Below, piece after piece: positions 1 through 10,700 of a stretch of 64,000 nucleotides of DNA. The first letter of the stretch is position 1. Each line of letters starts with the position of its first letter. This DNA is from Balamuthia mandrillaris (lineage: Eukaryota). The DNA is taken from positions 124,001 to 188,000 of the forward strand of contig JAVKOQ020000020.1 of the NCBI GenBank assembly GCA_031835245.2. Reading direction: 5' to 3'. A program made the position numbers and the translations under genes. The notes beneath the pieces were generated by a model. That model was given only the letters and a program-made list of their open reading frames with translations, had not been told where the DNA came from and ran no database searches.

Positions 1-328
1 TGTCCAACTTCCACAAGGCCCACTCCAACAGGAACCAAACCAGGAAGGTGGTGAGACTGGCCAGCAAGAATAACACAAACAGCTTGAAGGCAAATGCCGG
101 TTTCGTCACCTCCTCGTTGCTCAGGGCCTCGCTGTGTTCCAAAGTGGCGAGCTCATCTTTTAGCTGCTCGATTTCGTTTTGGAGGTTTTGCACGTCCGAA
201 CCGGAGACCTCTCCTGTTTGTTGGAAAAAGTCTTCGATCTCGTTCAACTTTTCCTGTGTTTGGAGAGAGAGAGAGAGAGAGAAAAAAAAAAACAATCACG
301 TTAGCGGCCGTAAGAAGAGGAGAAAGCA

Positions 329-371
<43 letters not shown>

Positions 372-716
372 GTTTCGGCTTTAATCTGTTCCTTCATGGC
401 CTGTAATCTCTCCTTTGTTTTTCCGCCGGTTGACACTTTTAGCTGTTCCTGCAGCTCTCTGTTTGATTACAATCGAAAGAGGAAGTGTGACGGTGAAAGA
501 AACTCAGTTAACCAACAAGACATAAAGAGAACGAAAAAAAAAGGATGAAGAGGCGTTATTTTTTTTTTTAAAAAAAAACCTATTTTTCTCCAGCGTTACA
601 AGAAGTTGAGCAATACTATTCTTTACATCCTCCAGAGGCTGAGCGCTCGACGAGGATCCCCCACCAATATCTTCCATCTCCCTTCTTTTCTTTCTCGTCC
701 AGATATTTGTAGACAT
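1..716 (-). CDS. Partial (runs off window start) coiled-coil protein with a predicted transmembrane helix; function unknown
   Basis: Spliced reading from ATG 716 with GT-AG introns at about 459-580 and 254-371 gives ...EKLNEIEDFFQQ...QNEIEQLKDELATLE...FAFKLFVLFLLASLTTFLVWFLLEWALWKLD (heptads then a hydrophobic helix). Confidence 0.55.
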
Positions 717-863
717 GTCGACACATCTAGTGATCTTGATCTCCTTTCAAAATTTTATTGAAATTTCTGACAAACAAGGTAAGAAATTTCACCCACGAGA
801 CAAAAAAAAAAAAAGAAAGAAAAAAGAAAAGAAAAAACAAAGAGGGCAAAAAAAAAAAAAAAA

Positions 864-2303
864 ATGGAAGGAGGAGGAGGGTCGAAGCACAAGCTGGAAG
901 AAGCCGTGGCTGCCTTTGTCAGTGGTGGCGGCTCCGCTGAGCACCCGGACGAAGGAGCCCACTCCCTTCAGGAGCTGATCTCTCGGTTAGACCAGGCGCA
1001 GGGCCCCGACTGGGCGCAGTACAAGCAGGCCAAGGCCGCCGAGTGGAAGGGCAGAGGCAACGAGGAGCTGGCCGCCAACAACGCCGTGGCTGCCGTGCGG
1101 TGGTTCACCGTCTGCGCTGCCCTCGACCCCGCCAACTACGTCTACTATAGCAACAGGAGCGCTGCCTATGCCAACCTGGGGCTCTACGAGGAGGCCCTGC
1201 GTGACGCTGAGCAAGTCATTGCGCTTAATCCTTCCTGGCCTAGGGTTAGGAACCTTTCCTTCCTCTTCTCTGCTTCCATGTTCTACGACTTCTCTCCTGC
1301 CTCTCCCTCACTCTCTTCTCTCTCCCCACTCCCCCTCCCACATTTTCTCACTCTCCTCACACACACTCTCACTCTCTTTCTCTATTGCTGTTTCTCATGC
1401 GTTATTTTTTTCTAACCAACAAACAAAAAAGGGGTATTCCCGCAAAGGGTTGGCGTGCTTCTTCCTGAAAAAGTATGACCACGCGTTGCAGGCCTACACC
1501 AAAGGTCTGGAACTGGATCCAGAGAACGAGGCCATGAAAGCCAGCCTCCAGCAGCTTCAAACCAAAGTGCAGGCGCAGGACGCCAACGAGAAGGGAGAGG
1601 AAGCGGTGGCCAAGAACAAGTTGGAGCACGCGCTGCAGTGGTTCGACAAGGCCATCTCCTTGGATCCAACGGAGAGCGTGTTCACTGCCAACCGGGCTGA
1701 TGCCTACCTGCGAGTAGGCGACGGCGTCAAAGCCCTCAACGATGCTGATCAAACCATTCGTCTCCGTCCCGATTGGCCCAAAGTACGCTCTTTTTTTCTC
1801 TGCCTTATCTCTTCTTTCTCCTCTCGCTCATCTCCTCTCTGCTTCTCTTCTGTCTTCTCTCTCTCTCTCTCTCTCTCTGCTTTTGTTTCCTCTTCAGTCT
1901 TTTCTCTCTCTCTCTCTCTCCATCTCTTTTTCTCGCTTCTCTTCTCCTGGTTCTTTGAAGCCTTTTGCGAACAAACAAACAAAAAAATCAGGGATACATC
2001 AGAAGAGCAGAGAGTTTGCATTATCTGCAGAGGTTCGATGAGGCGGCAAGCACCTGCGCGATGGCATTGCAGCTGGACCCATCCAACCCCAAAATACAGA
2101 AACAAATGAACTCCTCCATTCAAGAAGGTCTCTTGGCCAAGCAGCGACAAGCCGCCATGCAACAACAAGAACAAAAAGAAAAAGGAGAATCATCGGAGCA
2201 GAAGAGAAAGAAAGACACAACGAAAACGAAAAGCGATGAAGACGACGGTCAAAGCAAAACAGATCACAAGAAGAAAAAGAAACAAAAGGAAGAGAGCAAG
2301 TAA
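864..2303 (+). CDS. TPR-repeat protein (STI1/Hop/SGT-like co-chaperone), 3 exons
   Basis: TPR motifs AAEWKGRGNEEL, YYSNRSAAYANLGLYEEALRDAEQVIALNPSWPR, GYSRKGLACFFLKKYDHALQAYTKGLELDPEN, GYIRRAESLHYLQRFDEAA; introns about 1244-1431 and 1783-1991. Confidence 0.9.
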
Positions 2304-2366
2304 GATTGCTTCTTCCTTCCTTCTTTCACAACTTTATGGAAGAATAAACATTTAAACAAAAAAACA

Positions 2367-2825
2367 CTACACGGACCAGAAGTAAGTTTGCTCATAGGAA
2401 GGATTTACATCGGCAGTATACACGACAGGCACGTTGTAGATGAGTTGTTTGCTCTCTTCAGCAACAGAGCGGGAGCGGTGGTTGTTCTGTCTTGCCTCCT
2501 CCACGAACACACGAGCCAACCATTGCATTGCTGTAATGCCCTCTGCTGTGTGGTCCATCAGTTCATTTACATCCCATTCGCTGCTCTTGGTAAGTTAGCT
2601 TTATTTTCTTTTTGGAGGAGGAGAAGAGACAAGTAGGAGAGGCCGCAAGACGTACTAAGCATTCCGTTCTGGGTGGAATTGAGTGGCAAGGAAAGGGTAG
2701 TCTTTGCCCTCCATGCTTGATACGAAAATCTTCCCATTCGTGTCTTTGTTCACAGAGAGTACGGCATAAGCTTTTCCCAGCCCTCTATTCTCTGCGTCCC
2801 GTTTAGTCTTACAAACAAATGCAAG

Positions 2826-2866
<41 letters not shown>

Positions 2867-3703
2867 GGAGGGAGGGTGGGAGAGCGAAGCAAAAATACCT
2901 AGAAAACTTTGAGGAGAGACACCCAAATGGTGCAAGTTTTGGGTGATGGGTTTCATAGCAAACGTCTCATAAACATCAGCAGGCAAACTGCCAAACATGC
3001 GACTGTTGCGGGCTTGGCTTGTAAAGTCAAGGGACAGAGTGAGGTTCTCTCCGCTAAAGGAGCCCAGAACGGAGTCGTTGCCAGAGGCGATGATGGCGAA
3101 CATCTCAAAGCCTTGGCAGGTTCCCCATAGTGGAAAGTGATCGCCTTTATTGTTGGCCTTCATCGAAAAGGAGTCATTAAGAGAACAGCATGAAAGAGAG
3201 AACACAAAAAACAGGATAAAACCTCAATGGCCCATTGGTACAAGAGCATGGAGTTACGTAGGTAGAGAGATTCAGGAAGGTCTAACCCGCCTCCTGTAAA
3301 CAGAATGCCGTTGACGCTCTCAAAGAGGTGTCGTAAATGTTCTTTACTTGCTCCATAGCTTTTTTGTTTGGAATGAAGAAGGTTGAAGGAAGAGGAGCAC
3401 CATTAACGAAGAAGATGAAGAAAGAATGAAGGAAAAGAGGAGAGTCGCATACTCTACTGGGACAACCCTGGCACCAGCAGCCTCCAACCATTTGACATAA
3501 TCAGCGGGGAGGTAGGACCGCCCAAAGGACTGAAAGCTAGGGGAGTGGGTGGTGGGCTGCGTCAGCACCCCAATGATAGGCCTGCTGTTGGCCGCACCGC
3601 AGCACCCTCCGCTCCACATCACCACCGTTTCCATCACCACCACCAACACCACCCACAACATCACGGTGGGTCTATGCACATCAAACTTCAGCCATGCCAT
3701 CAT
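2367..3703 (-). CDS. GGH: Gamma-glutamyl hydrolase (peptidase C26), with signal peptide, multi-exon
   Basis: [41 protein letters not shown] (catalytic Cys), [30 protein letters not shown]...YEQTYF. Confidence 0.92.
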
Positions 3704-4064
3704 CTGGCAAGCACCTCCTCCTCTTCTTCTTTCGGGGGGTCTCGCTACTTTTTTTCGCTACGTTTTTTTTAAATCATAGGTTTTCTGTCATTCGTGTCGT
3801 TTCGGGGTTTTACATTTTAGCCGTTAATTAATTACTTCCGAACCAATCAAAAAGCAGAATTCAGGCCTCCTGAAAGGTGCAGCAATTGTGCAATAACTGA
3901 GGTAATATTTTGAACAAGGTGAACAGCCGAGATGTCGACAGTAATTGTTTTCTTTTAATTTTTTGTTTTTTGTTTGTTGTTTATTTTTTGTTATTTGTTT
4001 TTTCCCCAATTTGTATTTTACAAACGATCATCTCTCTAAACAAAACAAAAGAAAAAAGACCTCT

Positions 4065-6897
4065 TCAATAGTCTTCGTCGTAGTCCTCATCCCAGGCTTC
4101 CTCATCGCCTTCTCCATAGTCCCCGCCCTCCGCCTCCTCATCCTTGATGTGCTGCCTTCTAGCAATAAGCGCTTTAGCGATGATGTTCAACACGTTGCCA
4201 TCGTTGAGGTCGACCTCTCCGCTGAGGTCGTCCTTGGTAGGGGCCAGCACCCTCTCCTCCGCTTTCTTCAGCTTGATGCCAGGATTCTTGATGGAGGCCA
4301 AGAGGTCGGAAGCTCCCCCGCCTCCGCTGCTCTCTAAAGCGGGAGAGGAATGAAGAGCAGAGAGCTTTGGAGGGGGAGGGGGACCGGTTGGAGGAGCCTT
4401 TGGAGGAGAAGGAGCAGATGGAGGCGGTGGAGGAGCACCGGAGGAAGTAGAAGGAGGAGCAGGGGAAGCAGACGAGGAAGAAGCGGATTCGATGGCCTCT
4501 TGTTGTTGGCGAATGAGGCTCTTTTGTTCTTGCACTTGTTGCTCCAATTCTTCTATTTGGCGTTGCTGTCGCTTGAGTTGCTTCTCTTGAGCCTTCAGCT
4601 CTTTCTTTTGCTTCTCGCTCTCCTCCAACAACTCTTTTTCTCTGCTGCTGCTCTTTTCTTCTTTCGAAGAAGAGCTGCTCTTCTCATCATTCTGCTGTTG
4701 CTGCAAAGAGTTGCGAAGCTTTTCGACTTCGCTTCGGAGAGAGGAACTTTCGTTATGGGCAGTCTTCAAGTCTTCTTCCAAAGACTCAATTTGTTTTTGT
4801 AACTTGTCCTCTTTCTTCTTTGTGGACTTTTTGGCCTTTTCAAGTTCCTGTTTGACACCTTCTAACTCGGCACTCAGCTCCAAACGAACCGATTCTAGCT
4901 CCACCCGGGCTTTGTTCTCTTGTTCGTATTTGGAGGACAAAGAGGAGACTTCTTCCTGCAACGAACGAACCGCTTTAGCCGTGTCCTCGTCCCTGCGTTG
5001 GATGTGTTGTTGGAGTTCGGCCTCGAAACGGTCTTTCACTTTCTTGACTTCTTCGGCATATTTCTCTTTGATGCGAGAGACTTCTTCTTCGGATGAAGAT
5101 GCTATTGAATAGGGAGAAGAGAGGGAGAGAACAGAGAATGAAAACGAAAATAAGATAAAAAAATAAATGAAAGGAAGGGAGGGAGAGAACAAACCGGCTT
5201 TATCCGAGGCTTGGGAGGTAGTATCCAACTTCAACTTCAGGTCCCCAATTTCCATCTCATAGTTGCGATTGGATTGTTGCAAGTCATATACACTTTGCTC
5301 TGTTGCTTTTAACTGTTTAATGATGTTTGATTAAGTTAAAAAAATGAATGAATAAACCAGTGAATGAAAGAAAACGAAAAAGAAAAAGGTACCTTTTCTT
5401 GCAAAGTGGCATTGTCGACGTGCATCTTCTCTTTCTTCTCCTTAAAGGTCAGCTTCTCGGCCTCAAAAGCAGCCTTCGTCTTCTCCAACTCGACCGCCAA
5501 TCCGCTCTTCTCCTTCTGCACCTGATTCACTTCAGCACTGAGCAGCTTTTGAGCCTGCTCCGCCTCCTCCAAAGACTGTTTCAGCTGATGGCTCTTGTTC
5601 TTCTCTTCCGTCAGCTCTCTCAACAGTTGGTTGGTTTTGTCCTCTATTCCAGCCTTGCCTGAGGACATAAGCCCGACTTTCCTCCTCTCCTCCTCCAACT
5701 GAAGCTCCAGCTTGTTGTTCTGGTTCTCCAATTTGTCGCGAAGAGCTCTGGCTTCTTCCAGCTGTTCCATCAGTTTGTTGGTCCTCTCCTGAGCATTTCT
5801 TTGCAGTTGCAACAAGTTCTGTTCCCTTTGTTGCGTTTGAGACAAAGTCTGTTTCAGCGCTTCAAGCTCCTCCGACTCTTTTTGTTGTTGCTGTTGAGGA
5901 GCAGGAGGAAGAGGTTTTGCCAGTTGTTGATCTTTCTTGGCGGCAGCTGCTCCATTAGCGCCCGCCTTTGCTGCTCCGCCTCTTCCTCCTCGTCCACCTC
6001 GGCCGCCTCTTCCTCCTCGTCCGCCTCTGCCTCCTCTGCCGCCTCGTCCTCCTCTGGAAGCGGAATTGCCAGATGAAGGAGAAGCGCCAGAGCCTGAAGA
6101 GACGGAAGGCCTTCTAGGAGTGCCTTTGGCGATGGACTCTGCCAATTCTTTCAAGGAGGCGGTGTTGCCGCTGAGAATGAGCTTGGCTTCTTCCTCGGTC
6201 AGTCCTTCTGCGCCTAAACTGGCCATAGCGTTGTTGATGCCTTCCAACAACTTTTGCATTTCTGGTGGAAGCGACGACATCTACATGTTTTTCGTTAGAA
6301 AGCACGAAGAGAAGGAGGAGGAAGAGAAAGAAGAGGGAACAAGAAGAAGAACAAGAATGAGAACAAGAAACGAACCGCAAAAGCGCCTTTGGTGTTGTCC
6401 CAACCAGCATGGCCCTGGTGGGAAAAGGAGCCCGCGACGGGTCCTCCAATTTGCAGCTCCTCCTTCTTCTTTTTGGTCCTTTTGCCCGTTATATTTCCCA
6501 ACAGCCCGCCGACAGCTCCTTTCACCTCCGAAGTCATTCCAGGGGAAGAGGGAGAGGAGGAGGAGGAAGTAACAATAGCACTTCCGGAGCCGCGACGGAT
6601 GAAGGAAGGAGAGTTGCTCATGGCACGACTCCTCTTCTTCTCCTTGAGCTCCTCCTTCCTCTTCTTCTTCTCCTCCTTTTTCTTCTTCTTGTCCTCCTCT
6701 TTCTTCTTCTTGTCCCCCTCTTTCTTCTCCTTGCTGGTCTGCGCGGTGGGCGAGAGAGAGACCGAATGAGAGACGGGCGCGCGAGGGAGCTCCTTGCCGA
6801 TCCCCTGGTGAGGGTGCATACAGTTCCTGCACTTGTCCGGCTGGAACGCATTGGGCTCAAAGGTAGTGCACGCACAGTCTCCTGTTTGGCACTTCAT
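4065..6897 (-). CDS. WASP-like actin nucleation-promoting factor: Cys/His N-terminal motif, basic region, CRIB, RGG repeat, long coiled coil, polyproline, WH2-C-acidic tail
   Basis: CRIB LQIGGPVAGSFSHQGHAGWD followed after an intron by SLPPEMQKLL; WH2 DLLASIKNPGIKLKKAEER; C helix VLNIIAKALIARRQHI; acidic end EEAWDEDYDEDY*; about 4 exons. Confidence 0.8.
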
Positions 6898-7704
6898 TTT
6901 TTTTTGGCTTTCCTCCCTTCTCCCTGTTTTTTTTTTTTAACGTTCTGTGCGGCCTTTTTTTTTTTTTTCCTTCTTCTTCCCTCTGCGTTACCGCAGGAGA
7001 GTATACACCACAATACAATAAAGCTCAAAGAAGAAGAATGCGCAATTTATTTATTGGGGCGTTACCCCCCAGATGCCATGCAGCTCAGATTGACAACAAC
7101 ACGTGGAGGTTCGCTTTACAGAAATTTCGTATGTTCCCGCCATTACGGCTCTTCGCTTGCCCAACAGAAAGACCTTAAAAACTTGTTCATCAAATCAGAG
7201 AGAGAGAGAGAAGAGGAGAGAGAGAGAAGAGGAGAGAAAATAGATGAGAGGGCAGAGGGCAGAGGGCAGGGAGGGCAGAGGGCAGAGGGCAGAGGGCGAG
7301 GGCAGAGGGCAGAGGCAGAAGAGAGACGAGAGACGAGAGGACAAGGGCGGAAGAGAGGTGAGTTATCCTCTCTCTCCCACCACAGAATGAGACAAGAAAG
7401 AGAGCGAATGAAAATATATTATTTCTAATAAAACAGAAACAAAAAAAGCTAAACAAAAAAAATTGTAAAACGAAAAAAACAAAAAAACAAAGTAAAGCAC
7501 AAAAAAGAGACTTCAAAAACTCCAACAAAAAATATCAAACAAACAACCAAAAAATAAAATAAGAGGAGAGGAGAGAATAAAGTGTTAAAAAAACTTGAAA
7601 CATTCTCTCCGCCGGGCGAAAAAAAAATGGGCGCAAAGGAGGGCACGTCTCTATCTTTTGTCTTATCTCTGTGGTTAGAAGTTCGAAGAGGAAGCAAGTT
7701 CGTT

Positions 7705-10700
7705 TTATCCTTGCTCTTCTTCGTTTGTAAAAGTAGAAGTGGAAGCAGAAGACGAGTTGTTTTGAGAGGTTTGGATTTGAATAAACTTGTGAGAAGGTTT
7801 GTGGGAGGTGTTTGTGGGAGGAGGCGGACGCTTCTCCTCATAACAACGTTTGCAGAGGTCGTAGTGCATGCATGACTTGCACTTAAACTGCACTTCTCCT
7901 ATCGGATGCACTCCGCATATTATGCTATAAATAATAAGGATGTAAATAAATTGAGAAGAGAAGCAGAAAAAGAGGAGGAGTTGCGTTACCATTTTACTTT
8001 TTCGGCAATTATTTCCTCCTCTATGACGAGATCCATTTCATGGGTGGAGCGGTGATTACGAGGTTCCTTCTTTAAAAAGAAACATTTATGGCCTGAATTG
8101 AAAAATTAGAGAGTAAGCACATTTGCAGGAGAGAGAAAAAGAGAGAAAGAGAAAGAGAAAGAGAAAGAGAAAGAGAAAGAGAAAGAGAAAGAGAAAGAGA
8201 AAGAGAAAGAGAAAGAGAAAGAGAAAGAGAAAGAGAAAGAGAAAGAGAAAGAGAAAGAGAAAGAGAAAGAGAAAGAGAGCTAGATTCGTACATAAGCTCA
8301 AAGAGTTGCAGCAAAGACATTCGAAGCGGTACCCAATAATGGGTTTGGTTTGGCAGCCCATGCAGCGATGCATCCTATGAACAGGTAATCCTCCTGCCAA
8401 ATCCGGTAACTGTTTCGTAAAAATAATGAAAAAAAGAGGCACAAAGAGTGATCAGATCAAAATTCACAGGAGTAGAGAAAATAAAAACAAAAGATCCGAA
8501 CCTCAACAACACTAAAGCTATGTTTTGAACTGTGATCAGGAAGATGAGAAGGATGAACCTTGTTATCGTAACAGACTGTTTTCAGAAGAAAGTGTGACAA
8601 ACGTTAGTCGAGTTTAAAAGATTGGTAGAGAGAGAGAGAGAAAGAGAAGGGTAAACAAACCTTCACATAAGTCACAATCATCGCACTCATCACAGTGAAA
8701 GCGAAGACCCCATAATGGCTTAGTATGACAGCCATCACCTTCACGCATAAGAAACGAAATAAAGATGAGAAAAGATCAACAAAGGAGCAAGAAAAGACGC
8801 ACATGCAAAGTACTGATGAAAGGCCATCTCGTTGAGAATGTTCTCAATCTCGAAGTACTCCTCCAACGTGCCACCCGCCTTGTCGTAGCACAGCTTACAA
8901 AGATCACAATTGGGCTTGGTTCTAGACTTGTATCTGGTCTTGCCCGTTTTGATGACCCCTCCACACATGTCGCACGCGATGAGGTCATGTCCCCAATCAT
9001 AGTACTCTCCCAGTTGATTTCCAAGAGAGAGCCAACCAGGTCTCAAGTTGTGGTTCCTGGCAAAGATTTCTATTTTACGGCAACCAGGAGCCATGCGCTC
9101 GATAACGTGGTAGAGTTGATCGGGTTTGCGGGACTTCTCGCGGATCTCGGCAAAGATGACGTCGTTGGAGACCTTGGGTATGAAGTCTAGATTCTTACCG
9201 CCATTTTCCTTACATTTGACGCCAATGAGGCAGATCTCGGAAGAGTGCAGCAGGTAATAGCCTTGGCTTATGGCAATATTGTTGTTGGGAGTCTTTTTGA
9301 CCCAAGTTATCTGGAAGGTTGTCTATGAGTGAGCGGAGAAAACTTTACGAGAGGGACGACGAAGAACCCTACCCTATCAACATAAGTGTAGCCCCACCGT
9401 TGCATGCATTCAAAGCCGAACTGCATTTGAGAGTTGATGACCCACAAAAAGAGGAAACCGCGATCCGATAGAACGCCGATGTCTATGTCTATAATTTCGT
9501 CGTTAGAGAGAGTACCGTACGATAATGCAAATTTGCTGTTGTTGAACATTGTCTTTTCGTTGCTCAGAAGTTGGTTGCCTCGAATTCGCCTTTAAAGGGA
9601 AAATATTTTTAATATTTGAGAAAGAGAGGGAGAGAGAGGGGAGGGGGAGAGAGGAGGGAGAGAGGGGAGGGAGAGAGAAGAGAGAGAGGGAAGAGGGGAG
9701 GGGGAGATACCATGGAGGGTCAATAAGAACAACATCAAACTTGCCCAGAGCAGCCATGTTGTAATACCGCACATCGCAGTTGATAAAACTGGAGAAACAA
9801 TGAGATTCACAGAGAGAGAGAGAGAGAGAGAGAGAGAAATGTACTGGCTATCAACAAATTTGCGATCTTCTGGCCAAAAGCCTTCAGAGGTGGATTTGCC
9901 TTCCTTATCCATGGCTTTGTCTATAATGGCCTTGGTCAATGGATTACGCAAAGACCGATTTGGAAGATCTTGCCTGGATTTAAAAGGAACACGAGAAGAG
10001 AGAGTGAGTGAGCAAGAAAAATATTGGGAGAGAGAGAGAGAGAGAGAGACTGAGAGAGAGAGAGAGAGAGAGAGAGAGTATGAATATGAATATGAATATG
10101 AGAGAACGTACGGATAGTTAAGACTGGCAGCCAAATCATGATTCTCTTGCTTCTCTTCCAACACAATTCTCTGCTTATCCTTTTCCCCATCCGTTTCCAA
10201 CTCTTCAAAATGTTCTTCTTCGTTCTCGAGTTGCTCGTTCTTGTTTTGCAACAAATTGTTCCAACAAGAAGGACAACCTTCGTTGCGATAGTGGTCTGGG
10301 TCGTTGTAGGGGCAATCCAACATGCTGCACAAAGCACACTTTTCAGTGTTTTTGATAGGACATTTGCTTTTGTGATAACGAGCGATCGATTGAAGCTTAT
10401 CTGCCAAAAGTTCGTTGTCGCCATTTTGAGGAATGGTGGCTGTTGTTTTGCTCTTCTTCCGTCCGACTAGTTGTTTCAACGTTGGTTCCTCGTGCGAAGC
10501 ATCATCTGCATCCTTGTTGTTTGTGCTATTTTCTCCTTCTTCTGTTACTTCTATTTCATGCGGCTGTGCACTCTCATCAGTTGTTTCGTTGCTTCCTGCT
10601 TCCATATCTTCTGATTTCGACTTGGTATCCAAAAATGTGACACCGTTTGCTTCAATTACCATTTCTCCTGAACGTTGGGTGCCTTCGTCGCTTTCAGTTT

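Noticed and set aside
7230..7350. (GAGGGCA)n-like G-rich repeat as telomeric or functional element
   Set aside because: Short, degenerate purine microsatellite like many others in the window
6409..7428. 339-aa plus-strand ORF and similar long antisense ORFs
   Set aside because: Shadow frames of real genes on the opposite strand, extended through simple repeats
8072..8442. (SL)n, (LF)n and (RK)n ORFs
   Set aside because: Intronic (GAGAAA)n repeat in the methyltransferase gene
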